From contig DYFG01000001.1 of the NCBI GenBank assembly GCA_020725315.1, positions 17,015 to 81,014 on the forward strand: 64,000 bases of DNA, read 5' to 3'. This document shows positions 55,394 through 64,000 of the stretch, piece after piece; the first letter of the stretch is position 1, and the number at the start of each line of letters is the position of its first letter. The notes under the pieces are model-generated. The model was not told the DNA's origin and did no database searches. It was given only the letters and a program-made list of their open reading frames with translations. The DNA comes from Nitrosotalea sp. GTDB taxonomy: Archaea > Halobacteriota > Syntropharchaeia > Alkanophagales > Methanospirareceae. Made by a program: the position numbers and the translations under genes.

Positions 55394-55468
55394 TTAGTGT
55401 TTACTACTTAGTGTATACTTAAATTTATTTTTCTTTGAATGTGTTCTGCTAAATCATAGGAGCGTATC

Positions 55469-55702
55469 ATGCTTAACATTTTCCGCCGTAAAAACAAATC
55501 AGTAACTAATAAGCCGATCTTTAAGGCGTCATTTGACACTACTGGCGTAATCACCTTACGCCACAATGGCGTAGTAGTTTGTCAAGGTGATATTCACGTC
55601 TTTAATCAATTCTTACGTGCCAATAAAATCCCGCGCGACCGCATCATCTGGGGCGAATATGACTCAATTAAAGAGTCATATTGGAAAAGTCGATACAATT
55701 GA
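55469..55702 (+). CDS. hypothetical protein
   Basis: 77-aa ORF. Confidence 0.3.
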   Translation: MLNIFRRKNKSVTNKPIFKASFDTTGVITLRHNGVVVCQGDIHVFNQFLRANKIPRDRIIWGEYDSIKESYWKSRYN

Positions 55703-55934
55703 ACTAATTAGAACACACAAACGTACCAGTGTAGCGATGCTTTGGGTGAGATTCCTATGCTACACTCCTGCCTTTCAGAGCGGCAGGGTATAGGTATCTG
55801 GTTTGTGTGTTTTGATTAGGCCCATCCTTATTGATAAGGAGTAGTAAGCTCATAATACTTAATTATACTTATATTTAATTTTTACTAGGGCATAGCGTAG
55901 CCTTTACGCTAATAATCATATAAAGGAGAATACA

Positions 55935-56234
55935 ATGAATAACGAAGGCTTCAAGGGTGATAAACTTACCTATCCAGAAGGCACGACTCTTTGGGTACTG
56001 TGTAATGACTCGTTTATGTCTGGATGGGGAAGGGCTGGGGGCGTTATTAATACCCTTATTTTCCCCTGCAAAGACCTAGCACAAGCGAACATTGTAGCCG
56101 ATAATGCGAGACGCAGAGGCGATCAGAAATACGTGAGGATCGTAAGTCGCGCGCCCCGCCTGCGCGGCGGGCATTACTACCAAGTTAAAACCATTGACGA
56201 GTACCCTATGTGGTACAAGTACGGGGCGTTTTAG
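55935..56234 (+). CDS. hypothetical protein
   Basis: 99-aa ORF with RBS AAAGGAGAA. Confidence 0.3.
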   Translation: MNNEGFKGDKLTYPEGTTLWVLCNDSFMSGWGRAGGVINTLIFPCKDLAQANIVADNARRRGDQKYVRIVSRAPRLRGGHYYQVKTIDEYPMWYKYGAF

Positions 56235-56551
56235 TAGATCGATACTGTACATTACAAGTCCAGTAATGTACAGTAATGGGTCTATTATGGCGTTTATCTC
56301 GATTTGTTCTATACTGGCGAGAGTGACATTAAAATCGATAATGTGTCACTAGGCGCAAGTATCGGAGAAGGAGAGGGTACAATGTTAATGATGATTAACT
56401 ACTCCACTAGTACTGCGGTGATTATGTTCGCCGCGTACACTGTTATCGTGCCATATCGTATTGCTTCTAATTTATCCAGAAGCTTAGGTATGGCCAGTAA
56501 TACATTCGCTACAAAGTCCGGTATCCTGCTAATTTGGCAAAGGAGTACACA

Positions 56552-56785
56552 ATGAATCGTATAGCCGTCTGTGAAGTATATTATCTAATCGAGGCGCTTT
56601 ATAACGTCGGCGGGATCGTGCCCGAACGACCTTTAAATGCGCGACGTAGGGCACATCCCGAAAGCATCGGCGCACAATTAGCCCGTATGGGGTTTAAGCC
56701 CTCTCCGCTTCTCAGTATTGACCGACTGGATGAGGAACAACACAAATATTTCCGTACCCTATTATCGCGGTGGGGTATTAAATAA
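56552..56785 (+). CDS. hypothetical protein
   Basis: Start at the ATG after AAAGGAG. 77 aa. Confidence 0.3.
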   Translation: MNRIAVCEVYYLIEALYNVGGIVPERPLNARRRAHPESIGAQLARMGFKPSPLLSIDRLDEEQHKYFRTLLSRWGIK

Positions 56786-56922
56786 TCTTACGTACATACT
56801 TATTACATACTTATACTTACTTGTTTATACTTAAATTTAATTCTTTAATGGCGCGAAAAATCCGCCTATATATAGATACATTATACAAATCGGCGTATCC
56901 TGTTGGATAAAAGGAGATTCAA

Positions 56923-57117
56923 ATGTACAACAAAGGTGATCAAGTTGAAGTCTTGCGTACCGGCTCTCGTATTTATGCTGGTACATGGAAAAAGGGAACC
57001 GTGATCGAATCTACTCCAAGCGCTACAGTAGTTAGCGTGGATTGTGGTAACAACCAAAGTCTGAAATATACGATCAAATCACAAGACGTTGATATTTATA
57101 TTCGCCGTGTGAGTTAA
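56923..57117 (+). CDS. small SH3/Tudor-like beta protein (DUF-type, GDQVEV..GTWKKGTV)
   Basis: 64 aa with RBS AAAAGGAG. Confidence 0.3.
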   Translation: MYNKGDQVEVLRTGSRIYAGTWKKGTVIESTPSATVVSVDCGNNQSLKYTIKSQDVDIYIRRVS

Positions 57118-57268
57118 GGAGAAAATAACGTGCCTAACCATCAAGCGAAAGACGATCCCGACAATCTCTTCCCGATCCTATGTATTTATGACTGGTATGA
57201 CTAATCATACCTACCTCTGCACATTGGAAATGGTGTGCAGTATTGGGATGAAAGTAAAGGAGTGTACC

Positions 57269-58192
57269 ATGCCTAAGAAAAATTCGGTTGAACGGCGTAT
57301 CCTAGACACACTGATTAAAGCAGTCGAGTCTAGCGGATTGCTGCCCTGGCAACGTCCGTGGGTTGTTGCCCATCCTATCAATCTTGTGACATACAATGCT
57401 CACAAGTCCGAAGGCACACCGGAAGAAGTGTGTATTAAATACGGTTATAAGGGTATTAATCCCCTGCTCCTGTCACTGTCTGAATTTTCCAGCCCCTTTT
57501 GGTTTACCTACAAACAGGCTACCGATTTGGGGTGGCAAATCCGCAAAGGTGAGAAGTCTTCTTTCATCGTTTACTGGAACATTTTTGAGAAGACTGTCAC
57601 CGATGATGACGGGGATGATCGTATCGTTAAAATCCCGTTCCTTCGGTATTATAACCTGTTTAACGTAGAGCAGGCCGATCCTGCTGAGGGTAAAGAACCT
57701 GCCCCTATTCCTACGATTACAGATATTGATAAGACAGACCGCAAGCGTGATGATATTAAAGAACTACTTACAGCGTCATGGCTTGCGCCTACTACCTTTA
57801 AGGGTACACAAGCAGCGTACATCCCATCACAAGATCGGATCGTGATGCCCCCAGTGGATGCTTTTAAATCCTATGCTCATTTTTATTCGACGTGGGCGCA
57901 TGAGGCAGTGCATAGTACCGGACACATCGACCGACTAGGGCGAGAGGGTGTTGTTAATCCTTCATTGTTTGGTAGTGAGAAATATGGGTTTGAAGAGTTG
58001 ATCGCGTGTGTTGGTCAAGCGATGTTCTGTGCACGAGTCGGTGTGCAGAATGAGGACATGAATAAAAACGACGCAGCGTATCTCAAAAACTGGTTGCAAG
58101 TATTGAAAGATGATCCCCGCATGATCGTAAGGGCTGGATCACAAGCGCAACGTGCAATTGATTTTATCTTCGGTGACGACTCTCCCCGCTAA
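57269..58192 (+). CDS. ardC: ArdC-like antirestriction protein (ssDNA-binding N-domain plus zincin-like metalloprotease motif)
   Basis: C-terminal STWAHEAVHSTGH, matching the HExxH...TGH signature of ArdC/DUF1738. Start at the ATG after AAGGAG. 307 aa. Confidence 0.7.
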   Translation: MPKKNSVERRILDTLIKAVESSGLLPWQRPWVVAHPINLVTYNAHKSEGTPEEVCIKYGYKGINPLLLSLSEFSSPFWFTYKQATDLGWQIRKGEKSSFIVYWNIFEKTVTDDDGDDRIVKIPFLRYYNLFNVEQADPAEGKEPAPIPTITDIDKTDRKRDDIKELLTASWLAPTTFKGTQAAYIPSQDRIVMPPVDAFKSYAHFYSTWAHEAVHSTGHIDRLGREGVVNPSLFGSEKYGFEELIACVGQAMFCARVGVQNEDMNKNDAAYLKNWLQVLKDDPRMIVRAGSQAQRAIDFIFGDDSPR

Positions 58193-59790
58193 AGCTAAAG
58201 CGGGGAGCTTCCCAGGGCACGCTCGCCGCAACCGGCCACGTTACGCTCTGGCGGCCCCGTCCGGGCCGGGTTGACCGCAAGCATCAGGATATTCCGAGGT
58301 TACACTGCCCATCACCGCGATCCATCCGTTGCAACAGCATCGCCGTTCTGAGCTTCGCGGGACACGTTTGACCCACTGGCCTGCGTTTCGTCCCGCGCGC
58401 CCGGTACAGGCGCTTTCAACCCTAAGCGAAGGATGTTCTTCGCTGCGTTCACGTCGGCGTTTTCTTCATGCCCGCACGAAAGACACCGGAACCGCGCTTG
58501 TGTTTTACGATTTTCGGCGTCCACTACGCCGCACTCGGAGCACGTTTGACTCGTGTACGCTGGCGGCACCTTGACCAACTGGACGCCGCGCTCGGCACAC
58601 TTGTATTCGAGCAGTTGCCAGAAGGTCGCAAAGCCGGCATCGTGCGCGCTCATGGCGAGACGCTTGTTTTCGATCATGAAGTCCAGCGTCAGATCTTCGA
58701 TGGCGATCAGCCCGTAGGTGCTCGTGAGCCAGTCGGTGACGGTGTGCCAGAAATACCACCGCTGTTGTCTGATTCGGTCCTCCAGCTTGCGCAACTGGCG
58801 CTCGGTTTCCTGCATGCGCGTGGACTTGTGCCAGATGAACACGCCGGGTTTGGGCGTGCCGTCCGCATTGTAGTTCTGCGGGTTGTTGGCGCGGCGCTGG
58901 CGGTCCAGCTTGCGCATAAGCACGCGGCGCTTCTGCTGCCCTTCCCGATACCAGCGCGGGTTATCAATGGTCGTGCCGTCGCTGAGCGCCAGCAGGTAGA
59001 CCATGCCCACGTCAATGCCAACGGCGGGCTTCTGTGAAGGTTCCGGCTCGGCGTCGGGTATTTCAAGCTGGAGGGCGGCGTACCACTGGCCGCGCCGGTT
59101 GCGCAGCACGAGCACGTACTTGATGACGCTCAGGGGCGGCAGATCGCGGTGAAAGCGCAGACGGATGTCACCACAGTTGGCGATGCGCAGCTTAGCCCAC
59201 CCGTCCGACGTTTCGATGAGTTTGCACCCACTACCGTACTTGTAACCCAGGCTGCGGAAGTGGTAGCGCCCCTTGAAGCGCGGGAAGCCCGGTGTTTCGC
59301 CCGCCTTGACGCGGCGGAAGAACGCTTTATAGGCTTTGTCCAGGCGGCGCATAAGGTCATCTACCGTGTCATAGGGCAGCAGCCCGAACGTGTCCGGTTC
59401 CTCTTTGCGCAGTGCGCACCAGTGATCACGCAGGTCATACAGGCTGATGCTCTCGCCGCGTTCCTCATACGCTTCCTTGCGCATGGCGAGGGCACCGTTG
59501 TAGATTTTGCGCCCCTGCCACAGCAGGAAGTCGAACGTCCGCGCTTGCGCCCTCGTCGGATACAGCCGGTACTTGTACGTCCGAATCATCGCCGCCCCAG
59601 AACAGAACACCCCGCCGAAGATTGTGTGTTGTCTAGGCACACGCGCGCGGCAGGGTGTTCCGTCCACAATCATAACGCACGTATCATGCCTAGACAACAT
59701 TAGTATACCGCACATTCGTTCGCAAAGCAAAATCAGAAAGGAGGCAAGCGCCATTCCCAACCGGGCTAAAACCCGGTGTCCCCTGGCGCA
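58193..59790 (-). mobile_element. second IS200/IS605-family tnpB-only insertion, GC-rich, abutting the ardC stop
   Basis: Right-end hairpin CTCCCCGC-TAAAGCTAAA-GCGGGGAG spans the ardC stop (58180-58210). Left-end-side 11-bp inverted repeat TTGTCTAGGCA..TGCCTAGACAA at 59626-59697, and hairpin CCGGGCTAAAACCCGG at 59759-59775. GC is over 60%. Confidence 0.6.
58312..59589 (-). CDS. tnpB: TnpB (OrfB_IS605) RNA-guided endonuclease family (start at internal Met, MIRTYKYRLYPT)
   Basis: N-terminus MIRTYKYRLYPTRAQARTF. C-terminal zinc finger CSECGVVDAENR...CLSCGHEENADVNAAKNI. Listed ORF is 58312..59760. Confidence 0.85.
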   Translation of the reverse strand: MIRTYKYRLYPTRAQARTFDFLLWQGRKIYNGALAMRKEAYEERGESISLYDLRDHWCALRKEEPDTFGLLPYDTVDDLMRRLDKAYKAFFRRVKAGETPGFPRFKGRYHFRSLGYKYGSGCKLIETSDGWAKLRIANCGDIRLRFHRDLPPLSVIKYVLVLRNRRGQWYAALQLEIPDAEPEPSQKPAVGIDVGMVYLLALSDGTTIDNPRWYREGQQKRRVLMRKLDRQRRANNPQNYNADGTPKPGVFIWHKSTRMQETERQLRKLEDRIRQQRWYFWHTVTDWLTSTYGLIAIEDLTLDFMIENKRLAMSAHDAGFATFWQLLEYKCAERGVQLVKVPPAYTSQTCSECGVVDAENRKTQARFRCLSCGHEENADVNAAKNILRLGLKAPVPGARDETQASGSNVSREAQNGDAVATDGSR

Positions 59791-60054
59791 ATTTCGATGG
59801 GCACGTTAAGACATATGAGGATACAAGCGACAAAGAAGTTGAAGAATAGTTGCATGATATTCACAGATAAGAAAACAAAACTATCCGTTGACGTATCGCC
59901 TAAGCTGGCGCAGGCATATCATATCTTGCGCCAGCATAACAAATATTTGACTATCGTCTCGGAAAACTATATACTACCAGAAAAAACGGCGTATGATATG
60001 CTAGCATGTTTGGGGTATGAGTATGTAAATAATGGCTGGAATAGGTCGTCTTGA
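59776..60054 (+). CDS. hypothetical protein
   Basis: 92-aa ORF. The real start may be an internal Met. Confidence 0.3.
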   Translation: MSPGAISMGTLRHMRIQATKKLKNSCMIFTDKKTKLSVDVSPKLAQAYHILRQHNKYLTIVSENYILPEKTAYDMLACLGYEYVNNGWNRSS

Positions 60055-60093
60055 AAGCCTGCCTAAGCGGTGTTATACAAAGGAGAACAAATC

Positions 60094-61119
60094 ATGTTTT
60101 TCTTAAACGGTCAAGAAGGAAATACAAAGAAAACGTGGGCTACTAATGAGTGGCCCCTTACTACTGTCGATGCGATTGCCGAAGTAGTCCGGCCCCTGTT
60201 GCCTTATTCCTCTACTCTAGTAGACAAAATCTACACCGTTCTGGCGGCTATGCCCCTTGACATGCGCCCTGGTAAGGCATTTGCTAAGGCGTTCTATCAA
60301 CACAATCAGATCAAACTGAGTGCAGAAATTAAAGCACAGATCGGCCAGCTTCTTTCATCTTTCGTAGACGAAAACCTAACGCTGCGTCTCACGTTGGGAT
60401 GCCGCGGTTCTTCATGGGAGTATTACCACGAAGATAGTTGCTGGTGGGGCGACTTCGAAAGAAGCCGCGATGTATTGGAACACAACGGCGGGGGTGCGAT
60501 TCGCGCCTATAATGAAGATGATGAACTAGTTGGAAGGGTATGGTTCTTGCCGTATGAGGATCATATCCTTTTGTTTAATAGCTACGGGAAGGGTGCGTTA
60601 GAACATATTTATGCGTGGGGTGTTCTCGTAGAACAGGCGTTTGGGTGGAAATCCAAAAAAGTCTCTGCATATTTCAGTTGTGATAATTCCGATCTTTATG
60701 TCAACAGCCACACGATGGTGGTTGTTGGCCCTGAAATGTATGAAGGGGAAGGGCCTATTTACCCTAATATCGACGTAGATGCGCCGTATTATTACTCGTC
60801 TCCACCGGTGTATTGTTCTGGTTGTAATGAACGGGTAAGAGAAGAATATGCCTACTATCATAGACATGTGTATGGGATTGGCGAAGGGTATTTCTGTGAA
60901 CCATGTCATGAAGATATTGTAGATGTTACAGCAGGCCACTATGCCGGATATGAGGCGTTTTACAATGACGTATTTGAATTAGAGTATGGCGACTTTGCCA
61001 CCTGTTTGGTGGAAGAAGTTGAATACAATGATCTTGGTAACGCCTACCTGCCAAAAGACGGTGTGGAAGTTGGGGGAAGGATCTATTCTCCAATTTCCCT
61101 TCCTCTAGAACAGGAGTAA
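60094..61119 (+). CDS. member A of a tandem triplicated Cys-rich protein family (unrecognised)
   Basis: Start at the ATG after AAAGGAGAA, within 1 nt. Shared motifs DMRPGKAFAKAFY, LTLRLTLGC.G, DSCWW, SRDVLEHNGGGAIRAYNED, WFLPYED, C-terminal CxxC...CxxC ITAGHYAGY. Confidence 0.5.
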   Translation: MFFLNGQEGNTKKTWATNEWPLTTVDAIAEVVRPLLPYSSTLVDKIYTVLAAMPLDMRPGKAFAKAFYQHNQIKLSAEIKAQIGQLLSSFVDENLTLRLTLGCRGSSWEYYHEDSCWWGDFERSRDVLEHNGGGAIRAYNEDDELVGRVWFLPYEDHILLFNSYGKGALEHIYAWGVLVEQAFGWKSKKVSAYFSCDNSDLYVNSHTMVVVGPEMYEGEGPIYPNIDVDAPYYYSSPPVYCSGCNERVREEYAYYHRHVYGIGEGYFCEPCHEDIVDVTAGHYAGYEAFYNDVFELEYGDFATCLVEEVEYNDLGNAYLPKDGVEVGGRIYSPISLPLEQE

Positions 61120-61124
61120 GTGCC

Positions 61125-62252
61125 ATGTTTTATGCAAACGGACAAAAGGGTAAGGCTGGGGCTAAGACTAACTGGCCTTACCCAACTATCGTAGAGGTCA
61201 CAAAACTGGTACGAGAAGTGTCCTATCTGTACACGGACTCAATCAACTATCTACTAACAAACTGCCTCAATCCAAACATGAACATTGGTAAGGCGTTTGC
61301 TAGTGCCCTATATAAACAGTTTAAGGTGTCCTTACCAGAAGATACGAAAGCCAAGATCGGCTCCCTGCTGTCAGCGGTGCCGGATGAAGACACAGAAGTT
61401 GTCCTGACATTGGGGTGTAAAGGTTCAGCACGTGACTACTATAACCCTGACTCCTGTTGGTGGAACGGGTATGCTCGTAGCCGTGATGTACTCGAATATA
61501 ATGGGGGTGGGGCACTTCGCGCTTACAATGAGGATGGGACACTTATAGGACGTGCATGGTTTTTGCCTTATGAGGACTGGATCGTCGTGTTTAACTGTTA
61601 TGGTGATGGCAATCTACAACATGCCCAAACTTGGGCAAGCCTTATCAATAAGGCGTTCGGGTGGTATGCTGAGGTTGTTAAGACAGATGACTTCAGTATT
61701 GCTGTTGCTGATGAAGACCTGTTCGTAAACGATGCGGCAGGAGTCATTGTAGGAACCAAGCCCTACCCCAGAAAGAAAGTCCATGTTAGACCAGATGTAA
61801 ATGCCCCGCATATTTACACTAGACCTACAGTTAAATGTGCTGTTTGTGGTTTACGAGTTAGTGTTCACAACATAACTGAAATTCATAGCCCTCTAATTCA
61901 CTTAGATAGTAACCTAGTATGTAATTACTGTCTCAACACTAACATAGATACCATTTCAGCAGGAAAATATGCTGGTCAACTAGCACTGTCTAGTCAGACA
62001 ATATTTATGAGCGACAATCGTACCTATTACTATAAAGACCCTGAAGTATACTGTGATCCGTTTGGTTGTTGGTGTTTTACAGAAGAGGCAATCAACGTAA
62101 ATGGAACACTGTATGCTCCTTGTGTTATAGTAACGGATGTGTACGGGGGTGTTCATGTGCGTGGTATGGACACCTATCAGTATTGCCTCAGTTGCGGTAA
62201 GATTTTTCCAGCAGATGATCCACATTTTACGGAGGGCTGCAATGAAAATTGA
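61125..62252 (+). CDS. member B of the tandem triplicated Cys-rich protein family
   Basis: MFYANGQKG... IGKAFASALY, LTLGCKGS, DSCWW, SRDVLEYNGGGALRAYNED, WFLPYEDWI, CAVCG...CNYC ISAGKYAGQ, terminal CLSCGKIFPADDPHF. Confidence 0.5.
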   Translation: MFYANGQKGKAGAKTNWPYPTIVEVTKLVREVSYLYTDSINYLLTNCLNPNMNIGKAFASALYKQFKVSLPEDTKAKIGSLLSAVPDEDTEVVLTLGCKGSARDYYNPDSCWWNGYARSRDVLEYNGGGALRAYNEDGTLIGRAWFLPYEDWIVVFNCYGDGNLQHAQTWASLINKAFGWYAEVVKTDDFSIAVADEDLFVNDAAGVIVGTKPYPRKKVHVRPDVNAPHIYTRPTVKCAVCGLRVSVHNITEIHSPLIHLDSNLVCNYCLNTNIDTISAGKYAGQLALSSQTIFMSDNRTYYYKDPEVYCDPFGCWCFTEEAINVNGTLYAPCVIVTDVYGGVHVRGMDTYQYCLSCGKIFPADDPHFTEGCNEN

Positions 62253-63441
62253 AGATGGTAAGACGGGTGTTACTACCTCGCGATCTGGTGCCTGGTGGAC
62301 AATGTCCTTATTGCGACAACTTTATGACGCTTTACAAGTAGATGTCTCACCGCGGGATATCAGCCTCTCACCCTACAGTATCGAAGAAATTTTAGAAAAT
62401 CTTGATCAGGATATGCGTCCTGGCAAGGCATTTGCTAAAACATTTTTCAAACTGCGGGGAATAAAACTGTCTCCCAAAACAATAGCCGAAGTAGGCAACC
62501 TCATTGCAGCACTACCAGAAGAGCCGCTTACCCTGCGTTTGACGTTGGGGTGTGATGGTACACGCGAAGAGTATTACAATGATCGAAGCTGTTGGTGGAC
62601 GAATTTCCCTAGAGCGAGGGACATTCTGCATTTCAACGGTGGGGGTGCGATACGCGCCTATAAAAATGAGGAACTAATCGGACGTGCGTGGTTTTTGCCT
62701 TATGAAGATTGGATTGTGTTGTTCAATTTCTATGGGCAGGGCGCTCTACAACACGCTCAAACGTGGATGACCGTTACCAGCCAAGCCTTTGGTTGGATTA
62801 CGGCTATTCAGAGTATAGATTTTGAATGTTCAAAAGAAGATTTATATGTTAACTCTCCTACTTGTGTGGTAGCAGGGACCGTCCCTGCCCCACGCATTTA
62901 TGTCATCAAACCCGAACTAGATGTGCCCTATCTCTATTCTAAAAAAGAAATTTGCTGTGAGAATTGTGGGGACTGCTTTCCAGAAGAGAACGTGCGATTC
63001 ATGGAAGATACCCTGATAGAACCAGGATATTACTGTGAAAACTGTGAGCGAGACTTGCTCCAAATTACAGCAGGTAGTTATGTTGGGGAGTGGTGTTTCT
63101 ACAATTCAGCAGTGTTTCTTGATGATGAGATTTACTTTCACGGCGATCAAGAGATCGTGCTTGATCCGTGCGGTGCTTGGTGCCGTTGTGCTGATGCAAT
63201 TCGGGTTGGGGAATTTTACTATGCCCAACAGTCTCTAGTAATAGATGAATACGGTACACCACACCCGCGCAACGGGGGTACGTGGCAGCGGTGTGGGTGG
63301 TGTGGTAAAATATACCCTAGGGGGGATGAACATTTTGCACAATGCTGCCAACAACACCTAGCAAGACGACAGCAGCGTGCAGAGGTTAGACAGGGGTTGG
63401 AAGAACGCATTACTCAAAGACTTTACAATGATATGTTGTGA
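62242..63441 (+). CDS. member C of the tandem triplicated Cys-rich protein family (start at the ATG overlapping the member B stop)
   Basis: DMRPGKAFAKTFF, LTLRLTLGCDGT, RSCWW, ARDILHFNGGGAIRAYKNEELIGRAWFLPYEDWI, CENCGDC...CENCERDLLQITAGSYVGE, terminal CGWCGKIYPRGDEHF. Confidence 0.5.
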   Translation: MKIEDGKTGVTTSRSGAWWTMSLLRQLYDALQVDVSPRDISLSPYSIEEILENLDQDMRPGKAFAKTFFKLRGIKLSPKTIAEVGNLIAALPEEPLTLRLTLGCDGTREEYYNDRSCWWTNFPRARDILHFNGGGAIRAYKNEELIGRAWFLPYEDWIVLFNFYGQGALQHAQTWMTVTSQAFGWITAIQSIDFECSKEDLYVNSPTCVVAGTVPAPRIYVIKPELDVPYLYSKKEICCENCGDCFPEENVRFMEDTLIEPGYYCENCERDLLQITAGSYVGEWCFYNSAVFLDDEIYFHGDQEIVLDPCGAWCRCADAIRVGEFYYAQQSLVIDEYGTPHPRNGGTWQRCGWCGKIYPRGDEHFAQCCQQHLARRQQRAEVRQGLEERITQRLYNDML

Positions 63442-63629
63442 AACATTCTGTTCGAAGAAGAGAAAGAAGAATGATTGTTTACGTTCTCTTCCGTGTTGAG
63501 GACGGGGTGTTTACTACCGTCCTCAACATTTCTTACACCGCATTAGACAGCCAACGTGCTATCTTACAACAAACAGGTGAAGTTTGTCAGGTTATTCTAT
63601 ACCTAGAGGGGATTTTTGATGAAATTTGA
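63438..63629 (+). CDS. hypothetical small protein
   Basis: 63-aa ORF overlapping neighbours at both ends. Confidence 0.25.
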   Translation: MKHSVRRRERRMIVYVLFRVEDGVFTTVLNISYTALDSQRAILQQTGEVCQVILYLEGIFDEI

Positions 63630-64000
63630 CTATGATATGCTCAAGACAGTCTGCAATCTTCCGATTGAGGACTTCCGTGGATTAGGGACTTACGTGCCCT
63701 ATTCAATCAATAGTGGGTATACATTCATTGACCGGGGTGCTAAAATCCTGGCCGTAGCACATTTGGATACGGTACAAGACAAAACTCATTTCTATGTTGA
63801 GTCGTATGATGACGTTGGAGATGTGGTCTTTTCTCCACGTCTTGATGATCGACTCGGCGTTTACCTTTTGCTCGAATACCTGCCTCTACTCGGCTTTCAG
63901 TATGATATCCTTTTGTGTGAGGATGAAGAATTTGGCATGAGTACAGCAGCAGGCTTTGATCCTTTTGATGATCAGATGCCTGAGTTTGGTAAGCGATATA
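63619..64000 (+). CDS. M42/M20-family metallopeptidase-like protein, 3' end beyond the window
   Basis: ATG at 63619 and the frame is open to the window end. ILAVAHLDTVQD and SPRLDDRLGVYLLLE resemble the M42 aH.DeiG and fDDRvG..lLLE motifs. Confidence 0.4.
   Translation, partial: MKFDYDMLKTVCNLPIEDFRGLGTYVPYSINSGYTFIDRGAKILAVAHLDTVQDKTHFYVESYDDVGDVVFSPRLDDRLGVYLLLEYLPLLGFQYDILLCEDEEFGMSTAAGFDPFDDQMPEFGKRY

Noticed and set aside
1-64000. Scanned for CRISPR-like arrays and tRNA genes across the window.
   Set aside because: No regularly spaced identical repeats with unique spacers were seen. The repeat clusters at 51.0-51.6 kb and 46.6-46.9 kb are irregular operator or iteron types. No convincing cloverleaf candidates were found. 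Not claimed.

Overview
This window is about 64 kb of a tailed dsDNA phage or prophage with a siphovirus-like long tail. Backbone GC is roughly 45-47% by eye. 

Layout:
- 1-5.85 kb (+ strand): replication and recombination module. Family A DNA polymerase (5' end cut by the window edge), a RelE-like ORF, N6-adenine methyltransferase, tyrosine recombinase, RusA resolvase, zinc-ribbon protein.
- 5.84-43.4 kb (- strand): one long late operon. In transcription order it reads: terminator/promoter region, small terminase, large terminase (intein), portal (intein), head morphogenesis, scaffold, major capsid, two small ORFs, an 800-aa beta-helix protein, then a carbohydrate cassette (lyase-like, intein-containing NDP-sugar dehydratase, GT2, and a GT4-GT2-GT2 fusion), connector genes, major tail, chaperone, a 1458-aa tape measure with a LysM motif, distal tail, BNR-repeat tail tip, tail fiber. 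A 1.5 kb + strand GC-rich four-ORF moron with its own consensus promoter and terminator interrupts this operon.
- 43.4-44.8 kb and 58.2-59.8 kb: two GC-rich (about 60% or more) IS200/IS605-family tnpB-only insertions.
- 44.8-50.7 kb: early genes on both strands around a divergent-promoter switch region with iterated operators.
- 50.7-52.6 kb: a 1.9 kb ORF-poor region with iterons, a palindrome and tandem repeats, followed by a roughly 0.9 kb hairpin-dense stretch in which CTAG is about five times over-represented.
- 52.6-58.2 kb (+ strand): a cassette of small ORFs with hairpin terminators and recurring AT-rich promoter-like motifs, ending in an ArdC-like antirestriction gene.
- 60.1-63.4 kb: three tandem paralogues of an unrecognised Cys-rich family.
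- 63.6-64.0 kb: an M42-like peptidase gene running off the window end.

No tRNA, rRNA or CRISPR array was found. All functional calls come from motif reading of the translations, not from database searches.
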